This document shows positions 36,132 to 45,155 of a DNA stretch of 64,000 nucleotides, one piece after another; position 1 is the first letter of the stretch, and each line of letters begins with the position of its first letter. The notes under the pieces are model-generated. The model did not search any database. It had not been told where the DNA came from and worked only from the letters and a program-made list of their open reading frames with translations. Source of the stretch: Candidatus Omnitrophota bacterium (GTDB lineage: Bacteria; Omnitrophota; Gorgyraeia; Gorgyraeales; Gorgyraeaceae); assembly GCA_043822665.1 (NCBI GenBank), contig JBDRBM010000050.1, forward strand, positions 22,038 to 86,037. Direction: 5' to 3'. Both the position numbers and the translations under genes were made by a program.

Positions 36132-39100
36132 TTACCGCTCAAAGACCGCCCAGATCTTTTTTTCTGAAAGGACTTTGTCTTTTTCCATGACTTGACCGGT
36201 TACGATAATACGATAGACGTCGGAATGTACAGTAATAAGATTTGAGATCTGTTTAAACCTGAGTTTTTTATCTGACTCTTCTGAACCCAAGGCATCCGCT
36301 GAAACTAGATCGCCTATGCCAAACCCCAGATTGTTTTTATTGCCAAATACCCTGTTACTTATAATGCTATCCGCGACCTGTTCATTGATCCCGGGTAAAA
36401 CATTCAATACCTTCTTTGAAGCAGTATTTATGTTTATTCTGCCATCCATTGAGTTTACAGGGTCAAGTCTTATAAAATCAAAATGCGCGGCGCCTGTCTT
36501 AGAGGTATTTTTTATCTTTAATTCAAGGGTGCCTTTTGGCGTGGATATAGGACTGCCTGTTCCGACTTCTATATTACCAAAAAGTATGCTTCCATCAGGA
36601 CCAGGAGTAAGAAAAGGGGTAAAAGCGCTCCACGTGCCATCGGCTAAATGAAGTGACGCTGATATCTCTTCTTCCTCTTCTCCAAATATCCTCAAGACAT
36701 AATATCCGTCTTTCAACCCATCTTTTGATTCCCAGCGCCACATGCCTATAGAATCCACTTTACCGCTTTCAAAATGGTCTGTATAAGGAAACGCCCTTTG
36801 AACAAGCTTCCATCCGCCTTCTTCTCCTTCTGCTATATGCCCTTCCGCCTCAAGCCTTAAGCCAAATACTGTCAGTCTGTCAGCTATCTTTGCAACATCG
36901 CTCATTGAGATTTGCTCCCATTCTTTCAGGCTCAATGCCACATAGGCAATCTCTCCGGGTGATGAGAAATTTTTATTCTTCACATTGACCTCTGTTACAT
37001 CGTGTTCTATTATCTCCTCCTCTATCTCCTCTTCCATGCCATCATTGTCATTCGGCAGCCCTGGCGTTGCGCCCTTTTCAGCTTTTGAAGAATACCAATT
37101 ATCCGGCACGCCGTTAGAATTAGAGTCGAGGATATAGCTGGGGTCTGATTTTTCCATGCTTATATTAAAGCTGACATTCCCGCTAAAGTATTCTTCTGTA
37201 TCTACTATATGTCCCATAGGGTCTTTTAGTGTAATTATATTCCCTCCAGGGAAAACATCGTTGGAAAGAAGATCGGAGTCAGGGGTAATTGAGCGTAAAA
37301 AATGCAACTCTACTGAGCTTTCCTTGCCCCAGATGGATAAAAATGATATTCCATTGTTTCCAATGCCTTCCCGAGAATCATCTTTATCCACACAAAGAGC
37401 TAGATGACCGTGCGGCTGAATAATTGTTCCTAACGGGATAGAGGCAGGCCACCCCTCTCTACTTGGCCCTTCTATGCTCCAGCCTCCGAGGTCGACTTCT
37501 CTGGGTGTAAGATTTACCAGTTCTATGCATTCTCCGTCAGGCTCCTGGCTCAATTCTATAGACCTAAAGGATGTCGAACCTGTTGTAAGATTATTTTGGA
37601 CGCTGATAGTCAGTTTTCCTCTGCTAACCTTGACTGTCTTGCCAGCTCCAAATAAATCCCCATCCAGCATGTTCCTTGAATGAGAACCATCTATCTCCAC
37701 ATCTCCTATTGCCTGTCCTGAACCGCTCCCGAACAACTTTACATAATAAGTTCCTTCGGGTATGTCCTTCCATATCCATATCCCCTCGCCTGTGCGGCCG
37801 CCGTTTGGCTCATTATTCTGGTAGTAACCTCCCTGCCAATGCCAGTCACCGCCTGGCTCCTGGCCGCTAAAAGTGCCTCTGGCAATAACAGGTTTAACCA
37901 TTATTTCATTTATCCTTATGCCTTCTATGCCCCGCACCTCTAAAGAACTAAAACCTTCCTGTCCCAACCTCGGATACAATTCCAGGCGAGAAAAATAACA
38001 GGCTCTATCCTCTTCTGAGTTAGTAATAGTCAGGTTCAATATCCTGTTTTCAAACAAAACAGGGCCTATCCTCAATATCTCTCCGTGTTTAACAGATGAT
38101 TGTGTCATGCCATTTATATCAATATCCCCGATCAATTCGTCCCCGACACCGAATACCCCGATATAATATTCCCCTTCCGGCAAATTCATCCAGCTGATGA
38201 CAAGTGGATCCCCTTTTGACACATCGCTTTCATAATGACCGTTTTTCCAGATCCAGTCACCTATAGGCCCTCTATTTATAGCATATATACCGCTATATAA
38301 TTTTGTAACAATGCTCTGGCTAAAATCCTCATCACAGGCATCTATTATATTAACCGCTTTCTGAAATGGGTCTGTGCATCCGGATTCTTCCATGAGTATT
38401 GCCAAAGATGAGGCCTTCATGAAATTTATATTCTCGCGCAGGCGGCCCTCTACATCGGTATTCTTATCTACGGAATAAGATGTTATATATGCGTATATGT
38501 TGTTGAATTTATCCTTGGCCATGGAGCCTATCTTCGCAAGTTCAAAAGGTGTCTGGAAGGGATTATCATCACCGTAAGGCGAATCCGGAACAAATTCCAT
38601 TGGCTCATCTATCCCCTCGCCAGCCTCGTCGATTAACCCGTCCGCATTATTATCTATCCCGTCAGAACCAAGCGCCCTCTGGTTTTGATTATCATCAACA
38701 CCAGCCTCGCCAGGGCCTCCATCCAAGCCATACCTATGATTAATTATACCCTCATAAACTTTTTCGGAATCGGCTAGGTTGAAAAAAGTAAGAAATTGTT
38801 TGAGATCCAATTCGTAGGGTGTCCAGCCTTCTGTCAGTTTTAAAGGAGATTGGTTATGCGTATTTGCGATATTTATATTCAAAAGACTTGTCTCGTCTCT
38901 CACTAAAACCGCGTAACGGCCTACCGCGTCACCCGCGTCATCATATATATATATCCATTTTGAATCATTTTCTCCGTCACCATCATTATCAATATCAGAA
39001 CCAGTAAAAACCGTATACCATTTGTCTTCGAAACTATCTATTTTTCTATCATCTTCCTTAAGCACTGCCTGGGCGTAGTCAATGCCGGCCTCGGCAAGAT

Positions 39101-39242
39101 AAGTTGCCCTTGTTGCCTCAAGATAATTAGTCGCGGCCTTTAATTCAAGCCGCATTGTAAAGGCAAAGGAAACCGCCATTATGCCTGTAACAGCCAGTAC
39201 ACTTACAACCAGTATTAAAGCGATACCCTCATTATTTTTCAT
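36132..39242 (-). CDS. Large GspK/PilX-like minor pilin with lamin-tail-like and HhH domains
   Basis: EG|IALILVV prepilin-like N-terminus, YLAEAGI, DETSLLNIN, INEIM/ELVN LTD motifs, ININTAS...LPGI HhH, YRIIVTG. Confidence 0.75.
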   Translation of the reverse strand: MKNNEGIALILVVSVLAVTGIMAVSFAFTMRLELKAATNYLEATRATYLAEAGIDYAQAVLKEDDRKIDSFEDKWYTVFTGSDIDNDGDGENDSKWIYIYDDAGDAVGRYAVLVRDETSLLNINIANTHNQSPLKLTEGWTPYELDLKQFLTFFNLADSEKVYEGIINHRYGLDGGPGEAGVDDNQNQRALGSDGIDNNADGLIDEAGEGIDEPMEFVPDSPYGDDNPFQTPFELAKIGSMAKDKFNNIYAYITSYSVDKNTDVEGRLRENINFMKASSLAILMEESGCTDPFQKAVNIIDACDEDFSQSIVTKLYSGIYAINRGPIGDWIWKNGHYESDVSKGDPLVISWMNLPEGEYYIGVFGVGDELIGDIDINGMTQSSVKHGEILRIGPVLFENRILNLTITNSEEDRACYFSRLELYPRLGQEGFSSLEVRGIEGIRINEIMVKPVIARGTFSGQEPGGDWHWQGGYYQNNEPNGGRTGEGIWIWKDIPEGTYYVKLFGSGSGQAIGDVEIDGSHSRNMLDGDLFGAGKTVKVSRGKLTISVQNNLTTGSTSFRSIELSQEPDGECIELVNLTPREVDLGGWSIEGPSREGWPASIPLGTIIQPHGHLALCVDKDDSREGIGNNGISFLSIWGKESSVELHFLRSITPDSDLLSNDVFPGGNIITLKDPMGHIVDTEEYFSGNVSFNISMEKSDPSYILDSNSNGVPDNWYSSKAEKGATPGLPNDNDGMEEEIEEEIIEHDVTEVNVKNKNFSSPGEIAYVALSLKEWEQISMSDVAKIADRLTVFGLRLEAEGHIAEGEEGGWKLVQRAFPYTDHFESGKVDSIGMWRWESKDGLKDGYYVLRIFGEEEEEISASLHLADGTWSAFTPFLTPGPDGSILFGNIEVGTGSPISTPKGTLELKIKNTSKTGAAHFDFIRLDPVNSMDGRININTASKKVLNVLPGINEQVADSIISNRVFGNKNNLGFGIGDLVSADALGSEESDKKLRFKQISNLITVHSDVYRIIVTGQVMEKDKVLSEKKIWAVFER

Positions 39243-39270
39243 TATTAACCATTATATATAATAGACAACT

Positions 39271-39308
39271 AAATTGCAAACTTGCAATTAAATTGCAAAC
39301 TTGCAATT
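39271..39308. repeat. Exact tandem duplication of a 19-bp palindromic unit
   Basis: (AAATTGCAAACTTGCAATT)x2 upstream of the GspK-like gene. Confidence 0.8.
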
Positions 39309-39340
39309 AAAAAACCCCGTCCGCTGTCTGCGGACGGGGT
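39309..39340 (-). terminator. Intrinsic terminator
   Basis: ACCCCGTCCGC/GCGGACGGGGT stem followed by a T-run on the minus strand. Confidence 0.85.
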
Positions 39341-39368
39341 ATGTATCTGAGAGAAGTCCGGTAAGCTA

Positions 39369-40043
39369 TTATTTATTTTTTATCTTTGCAATAAGATCCT
39401 GTATCAGCTTGCCTGCAATGTCCTTTGAGCCCAGTCCTACCGCTATAGCAAAAGCAAGACCCATGGAAGCCAATATGATGTTTATGGCAAGGTTTAATAC
39501 AGACGACGCGATATTGAGCTGTTCCAGAGTTATTATCACGGCAAATATCATGATAACTGTCTGTGTGACCTGTCCGAGGAATTTTGCCTGTGGTACTCCG
39601 GAATTACTGGAAGCTGTGCGCACTACTGTGCCTATCATACTGGAGAAAAATATACCCAAGGCCAGGATAAACACAGCCGCGATTACGTTGGGTATATACA
39701 GAATAACTTTATCCAGCAATGAAGCTGCAACTGTCATGCCAAAGGCATTTAAGGCAGTCATGAATACCAATAACATTACAAGCCAATAGATGAGCACGCC
39801 TATTAATTCAGATAACGTGTGCCTTATGCCGCCCCGTCTCAATACATCGGTAAGCCCTGACTTTTCACTGGCTGTATCCAGCTGGATAAGCTTCAATAGT
39901 TTTATCACTACATTCTTAAGGATCCCGGCTATGATCCATCCTACAATAAGTATAACAAATACACCTATAAGTGTAGGTAAAAACCCGGCCACCCTTGCCA
40001 GCATCTCTTTTACTGGCTCCATAACTACAAAATTCCAGTCCAT
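39369..40043 (-). CDS. CmpX-like membrane protein (MscS TM-helix repeat)
   Basis: Two repeats FLPTLIG / YIPNVIA; AFAIAVGLG. Confidence 0.8.
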   Translation of the reverse strand: MDWNFVVMEPVKEMLARVAGFLPTLIGVFVILIVGWIIAGILKNVVIKLLKLIQLDTASEKSGLTDVLRRGGIRHTLSELIGVLIYWLVMLLVFMTALNAFGMTVAASLLDKVILYIPNVIAAVFILALGIFFSSMIGTVVRTASSNSGVPQAKFLGQVTQTVIMIFAVIITLEQLNIASSVLNLAINIILASMGLAFAIAVGLGSKDIAGKLIQDLIAKIKNK

Positions 40044-40169
40044 ATAACCCTCCCTTCTTTCTAAAACAAGAAGTATACATTACCAATATGCAATCGTCAA
40101 GGGCACCCCCTTCAAATCCCTTCAAAACAAAGCGCGGCTAAAGCTCACCGTTGTGGTTGCAGGTCAGGA

Positions 40170-40925
40170 TTATTTTTTTGCCTTGCCTTGTTTGGCCACA
40201 GACTCCATGGCCTTTCTCACTTTTTCAGGGTCACCCAAGTAGTAGCGCTTGATGGGGGTTAAATCAGGGTTGAGTTCGTATAATAGAGGTATGCCTGTAG
40301 GGATATTTAATTTCACTATTGCCTCATCTGAAACATTATCCAGATATTTTACAAGGGCCCTTAGACTGTTACCATGCGCGGCTATAATGACCTTTTTGCC
40401 TGACTTTATAGCAGGCGCGATAGTCTCGTGCCAGTATGGCAGAAACCTATTTACTGTATCCTTTAAACATTCTGTCAACGGAATATCTTTTTCATCCAAA
40501 TCTTTATATATAGGATCATTTCCGGGATAACGCGGGTCATCTTTCTTTAAAGTCTCGGGCGGTATATCATAACTCCTTCTCCATATGAGTACTTGCTCAT
40601 CTCCAAACTTCCGCGCTGTTTCTGATTTATTCAAGCCCTGCAATGCGCCGTAATGCCTTTCGTTTAATCTCCATGAACGGTAAACAGGTATCCATATTAA
40701 ATCCATCTCGTCCAGCACAATCCACAATGTCCTTATAGCCCTTTTTAAGACAGATGTAAACGCGATATCAAATACATAACCTTCTTTCTTCAGGACCCTG
40801 CCCGCTTCCTTTGCCTCCTCTATGCCTTTACTGGACAAATCCACATCTGTCCACCCAGTGAATTTATTCTCTTTATTCCAGATACTTTCTCCATGCCTTA
40901 AAAGCACCAGTTTTATGTCTTTCAT
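40170..40925 (-). CDS. gpmA: 2,3-bisphosphoglycerate-dependent phosphoglycerate mutase
   Basis: [32 protein letters not shown]; AAGGAG RBS. Confidence 0.97.
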   Translation of the reverse strand: MKDIKLVLLRHGESIWNKENKFTGWTDVDLSSKGIEEAKEAGRVLKKEGYVFDIAFTSVLKRAIRTLWIVLDEMDLIWIPVYRSWRLNERHYGALQGLNKSETARKFGDEQVLIWRRSYDIPPETLKKDDPRYPGNDPIYKDLDEKDIPLTECLKDTVNRFLPYWHETIAPAIKSGKKVIIAAHGNSLRALVKYLDNVSDEAIVKLNIPTGIPLLYELNPDLTPIKRYYLGDPEKVRKAMESVAKQGKAKK

Positions 40926-41113
40926 AGATGATCTCCTTATTTTTTTTAATATACACCAATGTTGTACAAAAATCAAAGAAAATCTTTATCGGAGTTAATC
41001 TCATAACGATCTTTGTAACTACTCTTTTCGTCAGAGATTCCTATGCTGGAAACAGCTTGTTCTTGTATTTTCTTTATGCTAATATAATAAACATACTTGA
41101 TCAGGTATTCTGA

Positions 41114-41836
41114 TTGATGAAGATAATAAAGATAATGATTAAATTAATATTAAATAAGATCTTCTCTAAATGCAAAGTTTTTGAGAAAGAAAGAATCTCT
41201 AATAAAAATATTAATAAATATTCTTATAATAAAGATAAGGCGAGATATATATTTGCCAAGAAATTCATTATTGGCAACAGAATTCTTAATATAGCGTGCG
41301 GGGAAGGATACGGGTCAGCCCTCCTTTCCCAGAATAATGATCATTTTATTTACGGATTAGACCTGTCGGAAAAGGCAATATCTTTTGCTAAAGCGAATTT
41401 TATAAATAAAAAATTAACGTTTTATGTAGGCGATGCTTATAACACAAAGTTTGAAAATAATTTATTTACATCCATAGTTTCAATAGAAACCCTGGAGCAT
41501 CTTAAAGACCATGCCGGGTTTTTGTCAGAACTCAGGAGAATTTTAAAGAAAGATGGGTTGCTGATCATATCTTCTTCTGAAAAAGTTATTAAGGATAAAT
41601 TTTTTGACAATCCTCATCATATAAACTTATTATACAAAGATGGCATAGAAAATTTATTAAAAAAATACTTTACTGTAACCGCTATTTATTGTCAGGCGCC
41701 TCTAATAAAAAATCCTTCTTTCATGCTTTACCCGAGTCTGGCCTTTTCTAGTATATTCTTAAGTAGAAAAATTGTTAAAGATAGATCATGTTTGACTGGT
41801 ACAAATTGCATATTTATTTGCAGAAATAATCTGTAA
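41114..41836 (+). CDS. Class I SAM-dependent methyltransferase
   Basis: ILNIACGEGYG, GLDLS, SIETLEHL, LKKDG; AT-rich. Confidence 0.85.
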   Translation: MMKIIKIMIKLILNKIFSKCKVFEKERISNKNINKYSYNKDKARYIFAKKFIIGNRILNIACGEGYGSALLSQNNDHFIYGLDLSEKAISFAKANFINKKLTFYVGDAYNTKFENNLFTSIVSIETLEHLKDHAGFLSELRRILKKDGLLIISSSEKVIKDKFFDNPHHINLLYKDGIENLLKKYFTVTAIYCQAPLIKNPSFMLYPSLAFSSIFLSRKIVKDRSCLTGTNCIFICRNNL

Positions 41837-41843
41837 CTTTGAA

Positions 41844-43445
41844 TTGTCAGTTTTTATTATGCCTAAGAGAAGAATGAATTTTGAAAAATTAGCCCTGTTA
41901 ATCCTTGTAGGAACGGTTTTTTTTCACGCGCTGGTGAATTTTTATATTTTAGATCAAAGTAGGCTCCTCAGGGAAAACGATGAAGAAGGATATATCTATG
42001 AAAGTATTGAGTTTTACCAAAAGTTAATATCCGGACAACCTGAATATGGAGCAATAGCCACTGGTTTGTGGCATGAATATTCAAGCCGAGGATTTATTCA
42101 CTATGCTGAAGGTTTAATTTTGATCTTTTTAAATAAAATAGATTTAAAAGATGTTAACCTGATGATTGTGCTCACAAATGCTTTCTTCCTTCTTATTCTT
42201 CTGATAGCTACATACAAAATTGGTTCACTGCTTTACAACAAAAAGGTAGGCCTGCTTGCGGCTGTTTTACTTTCCTTTAGTCCTCAACTTTTTAGCCACT
42301 TAAGACTAAACATGTTAGATTTCCCTGTAGCTGCCATGGTTTCTTTATTTTTTTTATGTTTGTTAAAAACTAATAGGCTGACTTCAACATTTTTTAGCCT
42401 GCTTTCGGGCATCATTTTTATGTTAGCTGAGGCTACCAAGGAAACAGCTGTCATATTTATTTTTCCGGTAGTGTTATTTTATTTCTTTACATCCTTGTCG
42501 TTTAGAGAAAAAAGAAAAAGAAGAGTCATAAATTTTATTATTATTTTTATACTGTTATTTTCCCGCGTTGCGATGGTTTATTTTTGTAATAATAGATTTC
42601 TTATGCGATACGGATTGTGGAAAATATTCTGGAAAAATAACGCTGGTGATATTTTTTATTACATAAAAAGTATCCCTTTGTACTATTTTGGCCTGATTCT
42701 TTCGATCGCTTTAATCTTGCCTCTTTTTTCTTATGCGTTAAATATCCGGAAAAGAAATAAATTTTTATTTTCTTGGCTATTTATTCCATTCTTATTATTT
42801 TCTTTTTCTATTAATAAGACGTCGCGATTTTTACTCCCCGCTTTACCTCCTTTTTTTTTACTTTTAATTGCGGAATTATTTACACGGGTATCTAAATTTC
42901 GAAGAGTATATATTCCTATTTTATTCGCTCTGGCTATTTTTCAATACGCGATATTAAGTTTTTTTCCTAACCTCAGCGCATTGTATCCTAAATTTGAAAT
43001 GGGCTTATTGTCTATCAAAAAGGATCCTGAGTTCTATAAATTTGAAAGACTGATGAGCATCTTTGCGCAGGAACAATCTCTTTCTTCTAAAAAAAATAGA
43101 GTTGTATTTACCGCCTATACCTCATATAGTAATGTCTTGGATTATGAATTTAAAATAAAAAATATGCCTTTTTTTGTAGATCGGTCTCAAAGAGAAATTT
43201 TAACAAATCTTAACCCGCCACGTATAAAAGATTTGAGGAAATATTTATTGACCGCTGATTACGTGGTAGATAATACAGATGCCCCTTGGGAATGCGCGGG
43301 TCCGTTGGAAGAGATGACCAGGGCTCTTAAAGAAAATTTAAGGCTTAACTATAAGATGTATATCAAAATAGGCGGATTTAATATCGAAAACAAAAAATCT
43401 ATAAATGTATATAAGAGAATAAAAAAATATGGTGCCGCTTCTTAG
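41844..43445 (+). CDS. GT-C membrane glycosyltransferase (GT39/ArnT-like)
   Basis: DE in first loop, GLLAAVLLSFSP, MLDFP, KET, RFLLPALP; many TM helices. Confidence 0.8.
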   Translation: MSVFIMPKRRMNFEKLALLILVGTVFFHALVNFYILDQSRLLRENDEEGYIYESIEFYQKLISGQPEYGAIATGLWHEYSSRGFIHYAEGLILIFLNKIDLKDVNLMIVLTNAFFLLILLIATYKIGSLLYNKKVGLLAAVLLSFSPQLFSHLRLNMLDFPVAAMVSLFFLCLLKTNRLTSTFFSLLSGIIFMLAEATKETAVIFIFPVVLFYFFTSLSFREKRKRRVINFIIIFILLFSRVAMVYFCNNRFLMRYGLWKIFWKNNAGDIFYYIKSIPLYYFGLILSIALILPLFSYALNIRKRNKFLFSWLFIPFLLFSFSINKTSRFLLPALPPFFLLLIAELFTRVSKFRRVYIPILFALAIFQYAILSFFPNLSALYPKFEMGLLSIKKDPEFYKFERLMSIFAQEQSLSSKKNRVVFTAYTSYSNVLDYEFKIKNMPFFVDRSQREILTNLNPPRIKDLRKYLLTADYVVDNTDAPWECAGPLEEMTRALKENLRLNYKMYIKIGGFNIENKKSINVYKRIKKYGAAS

Positions 43446-44571
43446 GTATATTGATATTTTATTAGGTAGAATATTGTATAGTATCTTTAATCAGGCCCCT
43501 TTTTTGAACAAATCAGCTGATAATATTAATGGCGCGGTTAAAAAGATACTTCTGATAAAACTTTGGGGAATAGGTAACCTTACGATCATTTGGCCGCTTA
43601 TTCATAAAATAAGAGAGGCGTATCCTGATTCTCATATTTTTTTTCTTACCTTTGATTTAAACAGGGCTTTTATGGAGAAGAATAGATGCATTGATAAAAT
43701 CATTTATTTTAGATTTACAAAAAATATTTTTATAATAATAATTAACTACTTTAGGGCTTTGGTAAAACTTAGGGTGGAGAGGCTGGACCTGGTTATTAAC
43801 TTTGAAACCTTTAATAACGCGTCATCTTTATTTTCTTTTCTCACTAATGCCCATATACGCCTAGGCATAAACAATAAATATGAGAAAATATTTTATAATC
43901 ACTGGGTTAACAATAGCCCTGACTTACATATTTCACAAATATATACAAACCTTCTAAAATTATTGCCTATTAATTTTGATTATAATTATTTCTATTTCTC
44001 CAAATCAAAAGAAAATGATAGAAAAATAGCTGGTTTACTGCAAGATTTAAAAATAGATCGATTTATTTGTATTCACCCGGGAACAAGTGAAAATTTTAAA
44101 GGTAAAAGGTGGCCGTGGTTTAATTTTTCTGAATTATCGAATCTAATGCTGCAGCGATATAACATTCCTTTAATTTTTACAGGTACCGAGTTAGAAAAAA
44201 GGACCGTGGCAAATATAATCAAAAAGATAAAACCAAAAGATAAAATTTTTAACTTTGTAGGGCATCTAAATATCTGGGAATATGTAGAATTAATAAGGAG
44301 GAGTTTTTTATTTATTTCAAATGATACAGGGCCAGCTCACCTTGCGGCATCACTGGGGATAAATACCGTTATTTTTTATGGGCCGACTTCTCCTCTTAGA
44401 TATAGGCCTCTTACGAAAAATTCCGTTATTTACTATAAGAATTTAAAATGCGGGCCATGCGTTGGGTCTAATTATCTAAATAAAAAATGTCGAAATAAAT
44501 TTAAGTGTCTGGATTTTACGCCTAAGGAAATAGTGTTGAAAATTTCGGAAAAATTTTTTAATGAAAAGTAA
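43429..44571 (+). CDS. GT9 (heptosyltransferase-like) glycosyltransferase
   Basis: GIGN, IHPG...KRWP, NDTGPAHLAA, YGPT. Confidence 0.9.
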   Translation: MVPLLRYIDILLGRILYSIFNQAPFLNKSADNINGAVKKILLIKLWGIGNLTIIWPLIHKIREAYPDSHIFFLTFDLNRAFMEKNRCIDKIIYFRFTKNIFIIIINYFRALVKLRVERLDLVINFETFNNASSLFSFLTNAHIRLGINNKYEKIFYNHWVNNSPDLHISQIYTNLLKLLPINFDYNYFYFSKSKENDRKIAGLLQDLKIDRFICIHPGTSENFKGKRWPWFNFSELSNLMLQRYNIPLIFTGTELEKRTVANIIKKIKPKDKIFNFVGHLNIWEYVELIRRSFLFISNDTGPAHLAASLGINTVIFYGPTSPLRYRPLTKNSVIYYKNLKCGPCVGSNYLNKKCRNKFKCLDFTPKEIVLKISEKFFNEK

Positions 44572-44599
44572 CCGGCCTCTAATTAATAGAGGCCGGTTA
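44569..44599. terminator. Hairpin between convergent genes, closed by both stop codons
   Basis: TAACCGGCCTCTA-ATTAA-TAGAGGCCGGTTA. Confidence 0.7.
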
Positions 44600-45151
44600 C
44601 TTAGGAAGTGTTATATCTTTTTGGGCCTGGTATCTGCCCTTACGGTCAGAATAAGAAACCTCGCACTCCTTATCTGACTCAAAGAATATCACCTGCGCAA
44701 TGCCTTCATTCGCGCAAATCCGCACCGGGGCCGGCGAGGTATTGCTTATCTCCATTGTAATGTAACCTTCCCAGCATGGCTCCAGAGGAGTGACATTTAC
44801 TATAACCCCTATCCTGGCATATGTGCTCTTGCCTGTACAGAGACACATAACATTTCTCGGGATTTTTAAGTATTCGAAAGAACGCGCGAGGATAAATGAA
44901 TTAGGCGGAATTACGCATACGCTGCCTTTAAAGTCACTGAATAAATCTGGATTTACTTTCTTGGGATCTATGGCAGTTGAAACCGCGGTACCTTTAAACA
45001 GCTTAAATTCGTCTGCTGCCCTAATATCATAACCGTAACTTGAAAGGCCGTATGAGATATTATTATTTCGTATCTGTCCTGATTCAAATGGCCTTATCAT
45101 TCCGTGTTCAAGCGCCATTCTCTTAATCCACGCGTCCGGCCTTATAGACAT
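44597..45151 (-). CDS. dcd: dCTP deaminase
   Basis: [32 protein letters not shown]. Confidence 0.96.
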   Translation of the reverse strand: MSIRPDAWIKRMALEHGMIRPFESGQIRNNNISYGLSSYGYDIRAADEFKLFKGTAVSTAIDPKKVNPDLFSDFKGSVCVIPPNSFILARSFEYLKIPRNVMCLCTGKSTYARIGVIVNVTPLEPCWEGYITMEISNTSPAPVRICANEGIAQVIFFESDKECEVSYSDRKGRYQAQKDITLPK

Positions 45152-45155
45152 GACT

